DNA of 64,000 nucleotides. Origin: Octopus vulgaris. Its lineage: Eukaryota. Location: contig OX597814.1 in the NCBI GenBank assembly GCA_951406725.2, forward strand, positions 96,286,001 to 96,350,000. The letters run 5' to 3'. The notes beneath the pieces were generated by a model. The model saw nothing but the letters and a program-made list of their open reading frames with translations. It did not search any database and was not told where the DNA came from. The translations under genes were made by a program, and so were the position numbers. This document shows positions 24,517 to 38,825 of the stretch, piece by piece (positions within the stretch are counted from its first letter, which is position 1; each line of letters begins with the position of its first letter).

Positions 24517-26032
24517 GTTTCAAATTTTGGCACAAGCCAGCAATTTCGGGGACGGTGTAAGTCGACCCCAGTGCTCAACGTCTAAAGGATGATAGGCAAA
24601 GTCAACCTCAGTGGAGTTTGAACTCAGAATGTAAAGGCGGACGAAATGCCGCTAAGCATTCCGTCTGGCATGCTAACAGTTCTGCTAGGTCCCTACCTTT
24701 AGAAAATAAACAGTACTGGAATATTGGAGTTCATCTCCCATCTAGTAATGGAAATTTTCAGTGTGCGATTGATACTTATCTTGTTACCTTGCTGTCATCT
24801 AGAGATCACGGGAAAATTGGGGCTTATATTGTAAATGCGGAGAAAGTTTTTTCTTATCCCAAGGTTGTTAGCATCTAAACCTCAATTTTATTTTATTATT
24901 AATAGGTTTATTTATACGTATGGGTATGTGTTTATAGTTGCTGTTTAAACATCTTATAAATATTTTATTCCATTTATGAATATTTTGTATTGATCTAGTT
25001 TCATTCTCCAGAAAACAATTAAATTTTCCACGGGTGTACACAGCTTTTTGTTGTTAGTTAATTTATTTAAAACAAATTCATGACATTAGCCAATGAAACA
25101 AGATCAATACGTTAGAATTATGTAACATACGTTAGAATTTATATAACATAAAAGAAATTATCTACAATAAAATTATTTTAGATAATTTTTTTTATGTTAT
25201 ATAAATCGACCTCGGCAGAATTTGAACTCAGAACATAAAGACAGACGAAATGATACTGGGCATTTTGTCCAGCCAGCTAGTCGCCATAATAGTAATAATA
25301 GTCCTTTCCACTATATGTACTCAGAATGTAACGGCAGATGAAATACCTATTTCTTTACTACCCACAAGGGGCTAAACACAGAGAGGACAAACAAGGACAG
25401 ACAAACGGATTAAGTCGATTATATCGACCCAGTGCGTAACTAGTACTTAATTAATCGACCCTGAAAAGATGAAAGGCTAAGTCGACCTCGGCGGAATTTG
25501 AACTCAGAACGTAGCGGCAGACGAAATACCGCTAAGCATTTCGCCCGGCGCGCTAACGTTTCTGCCAGCTCGCCACTTTATGGTAATAATAACAATCGTT
25601 TGAAATTCTAGCACAAGGCCAGCAAGATTAGGGGAGGGGAAGTCGATTACATCGACCCCTGTGCTCAGCTGGTGCCTATTTTATCGACCCCGAAAGAATG
25701 AAAGATAAAGTTGACCTCCGCGGAATTTGAACTCACTCCGTAAAGATGGGTGGAATGCTGCTAAGCATTTTCCCCGGCGTGCTAGCGACTCTGCCAACTC
25801 AACGCCTTTTTAAGAATGGTTTTAAATTTTGGCGCAGGGCCAGTAAGTTCGGAGGAAGGGATAAATCAATTTCATCGAACCCAGTGCTCAACTGGTACTT
25901 ATTTTATCGATCTCGAAAAGATGACAGACAAAATTGACCTTGGCGGAATTTGATCTTGGAACGTAAAGATAGACGAAATGCCGCTAAGCATTTTGTCCGA
26001 CATACTAACGATTCTGTCAGCTAGCCGCCTTA
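24057..26032 (-). mobile_element. cluster of about 6 family-1 SINE copies or fragments (24057-24320, 24516-24700, 25205-25287, 25319-25578, 25597-25808, 25818-26032)
   Basis: Repeated GTCGACCTCGGCGGAATTTGAACTCAGAAC and similarity to 321-550; all on the same strand. Confidence 0.85.
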
Positions 26033-26559
26033 ATAGTAATAAAAATAATAATGTAGGGGAACAATTTTGAACATAATTTCAGTTGAGTTTTCTTTTTCTT
26101 GATTTAGAATAAAACTGGTTGATTGCAAAACTATAGTCAGTTTTCTTATATCACGTCAAGTTTTATTTTTATCAACAACTTATTCTCTGAATGAGTACAA
26201 TTGTAATGCTCACCCGTAAGAAATGAGGCTGGTCAACTGCTTTTATTATTTTATTGATAACACTAGGGAATATTCTTGAAAATAGTTCTAGTTGTCTTGC
26301 TTTTTACAATTAGTCCTACCTAATTCGATGGTGCTGGGTTCAGAAATGTCCTCAGAAATTTTCGATCACGTCAAGCTTTCTGCTAAACAAGAATTCATTT
26401 TTTTACTAAAAAATGTCAATTTTGCCTTTAAATGTAATACTGAAATAAGAAACTAATACAAACCAAATAGTACTTTTTATTCTTTAACAAATATATTACA
26501 TAAAATGTTTAGTTACACATCTTAAGATAGATATTTCTGTCAAACTTGAGTTTCAGCTA

Positions 26560-27090
26560 CTCAAGAAGTGAACTTTCTCTTTGCAGCTTTGCATGAATAA
26601 CTTGCATCACAACAATCTCTTTGCAGAAACCTACAGAAGTCAGCCATCATGTTATATTCCACCTGTCTTGATACCTAGGCTCCATGGCTTTGATGTCTTG
26701 GTAGAATCTTTCTCCTAGCTCATCATTTATTGACTTATGATTTTCAAGGAAGTAGTCCAGATGACTGGGCAGAAAATGCACTTTAACGCTTGAGTTGCAG
26801 TCCAGTGCTCAAAAACTGGTCAATAGAATCTGCATAATTTATTCATACTTTGATGATATCCTATTTTCCAGGAAATCAGACACATCTGCAGCAAAAAGCA
26901 TTCCATGCTTCTTTTTCAGCGACAGACATAGGTTTCAAAAACTGTTCGTTCTACAATAGCCACCTAATCTGTGGCCTATCAAACACACCAACCTTAATTT
27001 TCTCGTAAGACAAAGCTGGAAACTTTCTACTTATATATTCGAAGCAGTCACTGACTCAGTGTATCAACATGTGTTTTACACACTGTATGG
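26560..27090 (-). pseudogene. Chapaev3-like (CMC) transposase C-terminal relic
   Basis: Minus-strand SVKVHFL.SHLDYFLEN..NDELGERFYQDIKAMEPRYQ..MMADFC; superfamily label comes from motif memory. Confidence 0.6.
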
Positions 27091-27309
27091 GGTGCCCAGG
27101 TTTTGTTTTGATCATAGTTTGGAGCCAAAGTAAGTAAGATAAAGTTTCGTCACAAAATCTGTGATTTTGTTTCGCATAAATGCAAGTAAAGTGCAACATC
27201 CACAAACAGAGCAGAAGACATCGAGCTGTTTTCTCCTCTCAGAACTGGCTATATTTCTGAAATAGAAAGTATATATCCAAGCCGGTAGTCATTGTTTTAT
27301 TCTGGTACA

Positions 27310-27555
27310 AAAGAAGGGATACAACAGATATTCTGCTCATTACCACAGCTTTGCTTGTCAGTTGTTTGACCGTAACCAGTTGAACATGTCCTTTGATGGC
27401 TGACGATATACGCATCTCCGGTCACGATATACGCATCTCTTATCACGATATACGTATCTCTTATCACGAGCAGAAGTAGTGGGGGAGCAGCATAGCCATG
27501 TGTTGAGAGGAATTCTTTGGAGTTTGAATAATTCACCTCTGGAAACATGGATGTT
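27310..27555 (+). repeat. interspersed repeat, family 3 (also 35250-35430 and 61035-61505)
   Basis: Shared GAGCAGAAGTAG..AGCCATGTGTTGAGAGGAAT; this copy has a 21-bp unit repeated about 3 times at 27401-27468. Confidence 0.7.
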
Positions 27556-27559
27556 CAAC

Positions 27560-28720
27560 GTCCAAGATATGACAAAGAAAGGAGATTCTGTTATCGGTTG
27601 GATAGATACTAAAAACATAGGAGGCACAAACATATTGATATATACAGGAAGGGTAGCAGTTACTAGAAGATTAGATATTCCACAAGGAAACATTTTAAAA
27701 TAAAAAAAAAGCAAATGTGGAAATGGAAATTACAAAATAAAGTGAAAAGATCTGAGTAGAATAGAAGCCTGGGAAACTGAACAAGTTAGGAAACACAAGA
27801 GGCAAATCTTCTCTTGAGAAAATCTACTTAGTCAAAGAGAAAGGATCTGGGACAGCCACAGAAGAGTTGAAACAGCGTATCATAGCACTAGCAGGTAAGC
27901 TCTCCAGATATAAGAAAGAAATAGATCAGTATCAACATAATAGATTATTTGAGACAGAGCAGAGATTTTATAACCAAATAAACAGTGGAGAACAAAGTAC
28001 TGAAGATGAGAAGCCTAATGCAGAAGAAGCTAGAATGGTCTGGAGTAATATTTGGGATAAATCAATCAATCATAATGGAGTTGTAGTATGGTTAAAGAAA
28101 GTGAAGGAAGAAGTAGTGAGTGAGAAGCATCCAAATCTAAGACTAACTAGTGCATTAATACGTAAAGTATTGGGGAAAATGTCGAATTGGAAGGGCCCAG
28201 AATCAGATTTAGTTCAAGGGTACTGGCTAAAGGAATTCAGTAGTTTATATAAGAGGCCGAGGGAACAACTCCAGGATTGCCTTAATGGAGGAATAATAGC
28301 AGATTGGATGACAAGAAGGAAACAATAGTCCTTATGAAAAAGAAAAGCAAGGGTAATGCTTTCAGGAAGCATTTACGACTACCTTGACCACCAGAATTTA
28401 TTGCCAGAAGACCAGAAAGGTTGCAGGAACAAGGCTAGAGTAATGCATTATCTATTATACATAGACAAAGCAGTTGTAAATGAAGTAAAAGCTAGAAAGA
28501 AAAACTAACAATAGCATGGATAGATTACAAGAAAGCCTATGATATGATACCGCACTCATGGATAAGTGAATATTTGAGTATATTCAGGAAAGCAGACAAC
28601 ATAATAGCATTAATTATCTTTAGCATAAAGAAACGGAAAGTATATCTCTACTCAGGTGACAGCGATTTAGGAAAAGTTAATACCAAGAGAGGAATTTTCC
28701 AGGGGTACTCGTTGTCCCCT
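27560..28720 (+). mobile_element. R4/Dong-clade LINE internal fragment (different subfamily)
   Basis: KLSRYKK..QNRLF-like, WKGPESDLVQGYWLK, WIDYKKAYDMIPHSWI, RGIFQGYSLSP. Confidence 0.85.
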
Positions 28721-29234
28721 TTTATATTATATATTTTTATATTTTTACATATTTTTATATATATTTTTATATATTTTATTGCTTTATATATTTTTATATA
28801 TTTTTTCTGTACATTACCTTTCACCCTGCATATTTGTGCATGTGCGTTTAGAGACGTGTACATGAGCATAATTGTGCGCGTATGGGTATATATACGTGTG
28901 TGAGGGTATGTATATGTGTACATGTCTATGGATGCATATATATGTATACATATAGGTGTGTGTGTGTGCATGTATGTGTTTCACGCGAGTATATATGCAT
29001 ATATGCACATGTACGTGGATGTGCGTGCGTGTATGTGTATGTATGTACATACGCGCATACGCGGATTCTATGAGCGTGGGTTTACCTTCTTCGAGTATTT
29101 TTGCTTTCCCCTTGAGGTTTTTTCCCTTTATTTAACGGCCATTCTCATAGCTCTTTTGTTTGTCTTAATAACGGTCATCTTCATAGTAATTTCCCTTTAT
29201 TTAACGGTCATGTTCATTGCATTTTTGTTTGTCT

Positions 29235-29297
29235 TAATAACTGACAAGATGACGGAGCAGAATTCCGCCCCAACATCCGAAACTCTGAGTTTTATTA
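29235..29297 (+). ncRNA. degenerate type I hammerhead-like motif
   Basis: taataa-CTGACAA-gatg...catc-CGAAA-ctc-t-gag-TT-ttatta; stems pair but core G8 is replaced by A. Confidence 0.5.
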
Positions 29298-29357
29298 TGG
29301 CAACCGACTAATTGTCACATATTATATTATATTATATTATATTATATTATATTATAT

Positions 29358-29403
<46 letters not shown>

Positions 29404-29618
29404 ATACGATTTTTCGTGAGTGTACTCAAAATTTTTAGAAGAAAAATAGACAATTTCAGTGGATTTATTAGAAGTGCTATATACAAAACAATTTGTATGT
29501 AACAATATGTAGGACACGCACACACACACACACACAGAGTCACACACAGATAGTGTCATATATACACAGTTATATTCACGCACGCATATATATGTATGTT
29601 TATATGGATGCATCTAAA

Positions 29619-29701
<83 letters not shown>

Positions 29702-30731
29702 GTCTGTCTGTCTTCTGTCTGTCTATCTGTCTGTCTTCTGTCTGTCTCTCTGTCTGTCTGTCTGTCTGTCTAACTATCTTTATCAGTGTGTGCGGGACTT
29801 GTATATAATGGACATATGTGTTCTGATTTATTCGTTTATCCGTAAAAAGTTTCTACGAATGGACCGTCTGCTTATGCCGAATAATCAATGATATATGAAG
29901 TTCCTTGCTAAACATATATTGTATTTCCTTGTTATGTCTCTATGTTGCTACGTCCAGGACTTTTTTACCCTTTGACCTCCTTGTTTTTTAAGTACATGGC
30001 AAGCAATTTAATTTTTATGTCAGTGTAATTACTAAAATATACATTAAATCGTTTTCCATGTACTTCTAAAACAAGAGGACCAAAAAATATAAAGTGAAAT
30101 TTGTATAAGCTGGTATATTAAAATAATTCTAAATGCAATCTTTATTAAACATATCGAAAGTATGGTTTGAAGTTTGCTATCTTTGCTACATGGTGACTAT
30201 TCAAGATTTTGTTTCAGGCTATAGTTGCGTGTCTGTGCTTTATTACAACTTCAGTGTTTCTCTCAGATCACTATATTTGTTACTTCTAATTTAATATTCT
30301 TCTATTTTATTTTAATCCAGAAATACTGAAAGACTGTTATAGCTGACCTTCATAGTCTTTTCATTGAAAGTTTTTTTTTGGGGACGTGTGTTTTTATGTT
30401 GATTGAAGAAAACTGTTCCTTCCACACATATCTAAATGCTCCAATTAAATAGGCTGGTACAGAAAGGATATCTTCTCGTTTGGCCTAGTTGAAACTTTAT
30501 TGTTTTGGCACGTAATTCATTGTTCCCTTGTGCCTGTTAACTGAAATGATTTGTTACTAGAAATATATTGGCGTCATAAGAATTCATAAACTTTGAGAGA
30601 ATATCAAATAGTTCTTTTCTGGAATAGTGAATCTCGAAACACACAAAACTATACTTAATAGCATGTAAATATTGGGTTAGAAATCCATTTGGATACAAAA
30701 GGTCGAAGGTTACCCACAATATTATTATTAA

Positions 30732-30846
<115 letters not shown>

Positions 30847-30861
30847 ATTATTATTATTATA

Positions 30862-30936
<75 letters not shown>

Positions 30937-31106
30937 TTATTATCTTTTTTTTAAACAGTGGATCACTTCGAGATCCACTGCTTAAAAAAGAATTATACGC
31001 ACTCTCATATATAGATACACACACACACACACACATACACACACACACACACACACTCATACACACATACATTTATATATATGTATATGTCTGTGAGTGT
31101 GTGTGT

Positions 31107-31157
<51 letters not shown>

Positions 31158-31314
31158 TGCACATATATTTACAGTCCTGAGATGTCTCTGATTAGATCTG
31201 TATTGGACTCTGTAAAATGACTGCGGACAAGCTGAAGTCCGAACCATGTTGAGAAGGTATATAACAAATATCTTTGTCTATGCTAAGCATTAATAGTAAA
31301 TAATTTATCTTATA

Positions 31315-31707
31315 CTAGCAGTATCGCCCGGCGTTGCTCGGGTTTGTAAGGGAAATAACTATATAAGCATTTTTAGAGATGTAAAGTATAATAGCCATCT
31401 CAATATGGCTAACCACAAAGTGGGGTGTTACTGTAGCTTTTTACGTTCTGAGATTTAATAATACATTTTTAGAGAGTTACTTCCCTTATATAATAGCAAA
31501 AAATGCATTAAAAATGGGAAAAATGATGGTAATTTAAAAAAAAAATCATATACTCATCGTAGACGCGCGCTAATACCCAGAAGGGCTCGATATGAATCAC
31601 GACTATAAGATACCCGCTTTTGGTTACACTACACCGCAAAATGTGGGAGTAGTTAGGAATCTAAATCGTAGGAGACAGACACACAACTTCACTTTTATAT
31701 AATAAGA
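31315..31707 (-). mobile_element. non-autonomous Helitron with an internal insert
   Basis: 5' TC at 31707, hairpin + CTAG at 31315, A|T target; same family as 15489-15883. Confidence 0.85.
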
Positions 31708-31953
31708 TTTTTAGAGCAAGAGTGATAATTCACATGACAAATTCGGAGAGTTACGTAGCTTGGAATGAGAAGTGATAAAAAGAATTATCTAGATCAGGAT
31801 AAAAAAAGAAAGGAAAGACGGAGGGGGAAAAAAACCCAAGAAAAATTAAAGGAAGAAGAACGCAAAGGAAGACAAGTAGAGGCGAAAACGGAAATGACAG
31901 AGAAGAGAAAGGGAAAAAGACGGAGAAATAAGGAAAAGAGAAAAAGGTAAAGC

Positions 31954-31996
<43 letters not shown>

Positions 31997-33608
31997 CAAG
32001 AGAAGGCAGTCAGAAACAGATAGACAGACAGATAGATGGATAGATGGATAGATAGGAAAAGAGAGAAAGAGAGAGAGAGAGAGAGAGGGGGAGAGAGATG
32101 TAGAGAGAGAGGGGGAGAGAGAGAGGTAGAGAGAGAGGGGGAGAGAGGCAAAGAGAAAAGAAAAATGAAACAAAAAAAGGAGGGAAAGAGGATGGTGAGG
32201 TCAGACGATGGAGAAAGATTGGACTTGTTGGAGCAGTGGAGGCGACCATCGTACGGTGGCTTAGCTCTGTATCGGACGATATATTTTCTAAGTAGGGATG
32301 CATTGAATAACTTAACGCAATAAATTCTAAGTTTACTGAATTTTGCCTTGAGTTGGAGAAAGAAAGAAAAGCAAAAACCTTGTAGTAAATCTGAAGAAGT
32401 CACAAAGAAAAGAGGCAATAATTTCAAAATATTAATAGTTAGTTTCTATCCCTTCTAACCAAATAAGTGGTCATGTTATTAGAAATTATTAATGCGATAT
32501 CAAGGCAATAACTTCCATGTGCTGATTTGTTTCAGAATGAAGCAATATAAGTTGTTAGATAAACCCTATACATTACTGGTACTTGTTTAGCGATCTAAGA
32601 GGGGCGATAAGCAAAGCTGACTACGGTTAAAGTCGTTCTGAGAGGATAAAAGAACCATATAGTATTATTTAGTGCGGTTCTCTAACGATCCACCTATCCA
32701 TTTAAATATGTTAGTGAAACGCAATATATTATGCTATTTTCGAGACAATAAAACGATTTAATTTCCAGGTCTTTAAATAGAAAATAGAAAATAGAAAATT
32801 TTAGTTCTGCTGCAAAAGAAATTAAATGTAAAGGTTGAAATGCAGATGTTGCAGAGCATAACTCCAAGCAGTAGTAGCTAGAAATAAAACTCAATATCAA
32901 TGAAATATTACAATAAATCTGTTTAAGAACATAAGATTTCATCAACTCAATAATCATTTTCCGATTGAACATGAGAAATGTATATCAAGCATACGACATT
33001 TCTCGTATTCCTAAATTTTCCACCAGCTAGAACATATTAATGTTTTCTTATTCGGCTTCGTAAGGACAACTTGTTTCCGCTGACTCAAAACTTGTGTCAT
33101 TATTGTTGATATGATACTACGTCAAGATGATGTCAATGGCTTTAATAAATAAGCAGGTGATTTAGCAATAATCGCGTTAAACAATTTCGGTTTAAATCTC
33201 AAATATCTATTTTTATGGAAGTCAATTCATGACATGGTATTGTGTTTACTTTTTATAAGATAGCCAGACGAAGTGGAGTAGTTCTAATACGAAAGAACAA
33301 GTGGGGGGAGATATGATAAAAGTTTAGAGTACGTCAGAGTTGAATGAATGTGGATTGGAGAGTACTTGTCTGGCAAATGTTACAATGAAGTGGTTTGGAA
33401 GGAAACTTCCAATTCAAGAAATTAGAGTTGGATCGAGGCTACAGGTGGGAAATTTAACTAGAGGGCTCTTATGCTAGTCGAAGGTTTTATTAATTTCAAG
33501 AGCAACAAAATTGCTTTAACCGAATCTCTCAAGATAATATCTAAGAAATACTGGGGAACAGATTACCGCTATATATGGCTTTACGAAGGCCATACTGACG
33601 TTCAGTTA

Positions 33609-33647
<39 letters not shown>

Positions 33648-33859
33648 AGAGAGAGGGAGAGGGAGAGAGAGAGAGGGAGAGAGAGAGAGAGATATTAAAG
33701 AAGAGGAAGATAGTGATTGTTGTCAGCTATCTCGTTTCCATTGTCTACCTTTGAAATGTAGGAAGTGAAGTCGATAGTTCAAGAGATCGCAAGGTCAGTA
33801 GATTGCTATTTCTGAGACAGAACATACTGCAACATATTTCAAGAGACAGGGATAACTCG

Positions 33860-33961
<102 letters not shown>

Positions 33962-35249
33962 GAAAGAAAGAGAAAGAGAGGAAAAAGAAAGAGAGAGAGA
34001 GAGAAGGAAAGAAAGAGAAAGAGAGGAAGAAAAGAAAGAGAGAGAGAGTGAGAGAGAGAGGAAGAAGAGAGAGAGAGTTAAGTAGCAGTATATTAGAGAT
34101 GCAGATTCCGCCTTTCGGAGTAAACTTGGACTATAGAGAGTAGCTAGGCCACCAAAAATGGATTAGAGATTGAAAATGACATGTATCCTAGAGAAAAATG
34201 GAATGTCTGTTTTGTATTTTACTATGAAGAAGTGATAAAAGAGGGCCTGATGGACCAACGTCTTCGGATGTTTAAATTAGGATGGAAAAGAGAAAACCCC
34301 CAAAATTGTTGCTAACCACTTTGATACTTGTAACATAGATGCAAGTTAGTGAAGGCAGACGGAATCCTCGCAATCTTAGGTTAAAAGCCACAAACTGACG
34401 GAGAAGGGTATTTGGTGTGGACTTTTTGCGCCAGCTGGTAGGGTAACATCTTGTGAAATTGTATCAACTAATTTTCTGTTGGGTTTCCGTTGGAAGACTT
34501 TTTTCGTATGCTTCGGCTGGAAAGTAGTGATACTTATACCAGGGAAAGTGCAATTGGATGGCGCTTTAAGTTTTTGAGTTATCTCTAAACCGTGAGCCTA
34601 GTTTGAACGTTTGCAACAGAGTGAACTCCGCTAAAGACGCCCAATAACCCCAAAAGCGAGTTAGTCCTACAACTCTATGAGAATAAATAAAAAAGAGGTC
34701 CGTTGTCTTCATTTATCCTGATACCAGTAGTTTAGAAATTGCGTAACGAGACTCTGAGTTCCGTATGTCCTTCGGTCGTAGATAGTCACCCTTTAGCCAT
34801 CGAAGCTCGATATGTAGTTGAAGACATTCACGTTCTTGTTAATTTACATGACGAAGTTTCCGAAAAATATAAGTAATTCAATGGACAAGCTGATTCAATA
34901 ACATTGTGAAGGCTTTATGGCGTTTGCTCAAAGTGTTGGTGAATCGGAAAGATATATGGTGATGCTTCTTTTTTATGTGCTATAAATCCACGATAGCCAC
35001 CAAATGTAGTGTCTGCTCTATCTATTCTTATTTTGTAATAGGAGTATTAAACTGTGTAACAAAATTTTAATTTCTTTTGTCTTTGGTCAGTAAGGGTTAT
35101 TTCTTATTTGTTTCTATCTAGAAATCCACGGAAATGACTACTATTCTCTTCAAACTTTGCTTTTGTGACCTGGACATCAATGTTTTGAAACTGAACTATT
35201 TTCTATTACATTTCAGACAGATTCAGCGCTGAGCTGCTGAAGTAGAGAT

Positions 35250-35430
35250 ATCGTTATAGCAAATATCTAGCTCAATACCACAAATTTGCATGCCGGCTGT
35301 TTGACCTTAAGTACTTGAGTATGTCCCTTAGTGGCTGACTGACAATATGTGAATCTCTGATCATGAGCAGAAGTAGTTGGGGAGTATCACAGCCATGTGT
35401 TGAGAGGAATCCTTTGGAATTTGAATAAAC
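35250..35430 (+). repeat. family-3 repeat fragment
   Basis: Homologous to 27310-27530. Confidence 0.65.
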
Positions 35431-35539
35431 ATAACAAAAGCAAAGTTTGAAGTCAATAACTATTTTTCATAGTTTCTAGGGATAAGCAAATAAGAAATAA
35501 CAGTTGCTACTCAAGTGATATTTATCAGTGTTCAGCTAT

Positions 35540-35765
35540 TTTAGAAATTGTTGAGTCTTCTCTCGGTTTCCAGTTTTTCAGTGACTAGGAACTCTTCTCT
35601 ATCTACTTCATCAGTATTTCAATAAGGCATTAAACCAATAACAGGGAGTCAATATAGAATGAAGTTGTCTCAATGAGCTGCATCGAGTTGTAACGACATT
35701 TCGGTAGTTTCCAAATTACGACATAGTTTTCTCAATGTCATTTGCTGTTTCGTCAATTTGTATTG
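35540..35765 (-). pseudogene. hAT/Buster (ZBED5-like) transposase relic
   Basis: IDETANDIEK..SLQLD..EEFLV..LET across frameshifts. Confidence 0.5.
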
Positions 35766-37949
35766 ATATGATAATAAACTATATAATTAGTGATATACTA
35801 TTTTTATTTGGACCTATCATAATTTTTAGAACTATATTTACAACTGGTAAGACGAACGTTTCACCACTTGTATGTGATGCCTGTTTTGAAATTTTGTAAG
35901 ATGCAACTAATGTTTTATTTATCGTCAACTTTACTTTGCATTGAACTCACTAATTATAGATACTAAAATTTATATTTTAAATTCACGATATTTTTAAATT
36001 CACGATAATGGCAGTAAATAAACGAGCTCACTTTCGAAGAGATTCATACTTCCCCACAGAGAGGGGTACTACTGCACAGGCTTAAAAACATTACTGAAGT
36101 AATTAACCGGTATTTTTTTTGTCGAGGCATTAAACGAAATGCAGTCAGGGCATAATCGCTAAGGGACAGACTATGCGAGAGTGTGATAATGGTGAGTTAT
36201 TATTTACGGTACTTGATATAAAAAATACTCATGTTGCTATAAGGAAGGATGAGTTGGAAAATAACGCCAAATAATTAAATTTATAAATAAAGAACAAGAT
36301 ACATATATTGAATTTTTCTTTGATAAAAGAACTACTGATTATGAAATATAACACGAACTTCCAGTTTGTTAATCAATAAGTATTCGATGAAGTACTCTCA
36401 GCTCGTATTATTTTGGTCCAGTATGTGGTTTCTAACTATTTATGGTCTTTATCAATCACACAGAATCCCTGTATCGATCATATCTACACAATTCACACAA
36501 TGACTATATCTACATCATACATATAGTGGAAAAATTTACTCGAGTCACTCAATGATCTTATAACACGTTAAATGAATTTAAAGCACGTATTTACTCATTC
36601 AGCTTATAACTGAATGAGTAACTACGCAATGAATATATCCGCATTACGTACACAATGAATATGCTACACATCCTATTCAAAGAACCTATCTACAAAATTC
36701 TGCCATTAAATAATCCATGTAATGAATGTGTCTAGAAGGTTTTCCACTTCTGTGGTGCATTCTTGCTTACACACTGAAGTATTACACATTCTAAAAATGA
36801 CTTCTTTTTACTAAAGTTTTGCGAGTTATTTGTGTTAAAGGTAAATTAAAAATGTCGCCAAGTTTTATTTGTTTGTATTCCATTTCTACTTCAAAGTGAA
36901 ACACAAAGAATAATTTTTAAAATTCAAGTGAAATATAAGTGGTTAGACGAACTACATAACTCTTTTGATCGTTGGCGTAGTGTTGAATATTTCAGCCTTC
37001 TTTGTGCATCTGGGATAACATTTCTCAAGACAGAGCCCCCTCCAAACAATGTTTATGTTAATTTTTTAAACTGTATATTGTACGTTAATGAAGCACTGTA
37101 TATCATACTGCTGCGAATATTACTAATTTTTACATCCCTAATACACATAAAAACAACTATGTGAACTGAACCATTTGAAAGTTAAGTATTTTGCCGATTG
37201 ACAACAGATAGGGAGAGTGACTCCATGTGCATTATCGACCGTTCTGCCGGTAGCTCACCACGTAGGCAATTGTGGTTCTTTCGTCAACTGATTCATTTTC
37301 TTACTTCTCTATTATTTGTCATATATGATGACATCTATCAACGATTTTGTCGTTTTTGCCTTAGAATCATCACGTATCTATTTTGTATGCTTTATCATGG
37401 ATTTTATAAAGAGGAAACGTGGGAAAATGGATTTATTTCGCAGCTCATAACATGTGGAAGGCTGTTTCTCATCGAACGTTGAAAATGAAATATCGGTTTC
37501 TTTTTTTACAAGGCACAAAGACCATTTACGTGTTGAGTAAAACTAGGTATTGGATGCTCATGACATTCTCAATGAGATTAACAAACCTGTAAGGTTTAGA
37601 CGACCGTACGCAAGGAGTTGGTGACAAATGGCTCCTTTAGAACGCCGCAAGGTCGTTCCCTAGCATAATAAGAAAGCCAAATACATGGATATAAAGAATA
37701 TGTGCCAAAAGAATAAATGAGGACGAAAACCGTTCTACTGTTTGAGAGAAGAAGACTTTATTCACAGGGTACAAAGTGAAAGTGTTGAGCGTTAGCGTAG
37801 TGTTATGTATGAATGCGTGCGCAAGTATTTGTGTCTGTGTGTTCGTGTGTGCGACAGAAGATACAGACAAAGGGAAATGTGTATAACAGAAAATACAGAA
37901 TACCGAGCATAAGTCTCAGTATATTGAGTTAAGATAGAGTTAGTTTACC

Positions 37950-38182
37950 TATTTCTTTACCACCCACAAGGGGTTAAACACAGAGGGGACAAACAAGGAC
38001 AGACAAAGGGATTAAGTCGATTACATCGACCCCAGTGCGTAACTGGTACTTATTTAATCGACCCCGAAAGGATGAAAGGTAAAGTCGACCTCGGCAGAAT
38101 TTGAACTCAGAACGTAGCGGCAGACGAAATACCGCTCAGCATTTCGCCCGGTGAGCTAACATTTCTGCCAGCTCGCCGCCTT
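37950..38182 (-). mobile_element. family-1 SINE, tail A
   Basis: Full length; 16-bp TSD ATAGAGTTAGTTTACC at 37934-37949 and 38183-38198. Confidence 0.92.
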
Positions 38183-38236
38183 ATAGAGTTAGTTTACCAG
38201 TTCATGAGATACACAATAGTAAGTTCTATAACACGA

Positions 38237-38825
38237 TGTTAGCGGTTCACGTGGCAGAGCCGGTTACTACACGTGTAGAGGCTGGGGTTATCCTGCCGTG
38301 CTGAGTCTTGATAAAGTAAGTTCTTTAGATATACTGCAACAGTTACTTCTCGGTGAAAGATTCACACAAACAGCGTAGAGCTAAACTTGGTCGTTGTAGA
38401 TGTGTACGTGTTGGTGAGGTAGACGTAGATGGAGATCGTCCTGTCTGTTGTTGGTGTAGAATAGCGTCGTCGTAGCTGAAGCAGGAGCATGGTTGGCTGA
38501 CTGGTCATCTGTCGTTGGAACTGGAACATAGCTGAGTAGCTCTGTGGTCAGTGACTAGACCTTAGAAGGTCGAAAGACCCCGAATAGTGAAAATGCCAGC
38601 CTTTTTAAGGAGTTAAGGTGGCTCAAATGAAGCCTCCTATCCGAAGGTCGTGATTGGTTGCTTTACACTCTGGCGCGAAATAAGTAGGGAGACAAGCCGC
38701 GCCAAATGCCAACCAATCAGAGCAGTGGACACAACAGGATCAAACTAGCCGAAGATGGTTGTAACCTCAAACGAGATCATTCTTAATGTGTCTGTTAAAC
38801 AGTGAGGATATCAATATCGCTACGG
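38237..38825. mobile_element. possible solo LTR
   Basis: GC-richer block with TGTTAGCG...CGCTAC near-inverted termini and two CCAAT boxes; no clean TSD. Confidence 0.3.

Noticed and set aside
27401-27468. 21-bp repeat x3, superficially CRISPR-like
   Set aside because: No spacers, eukaryotic context; slippage within an interspersed repeat
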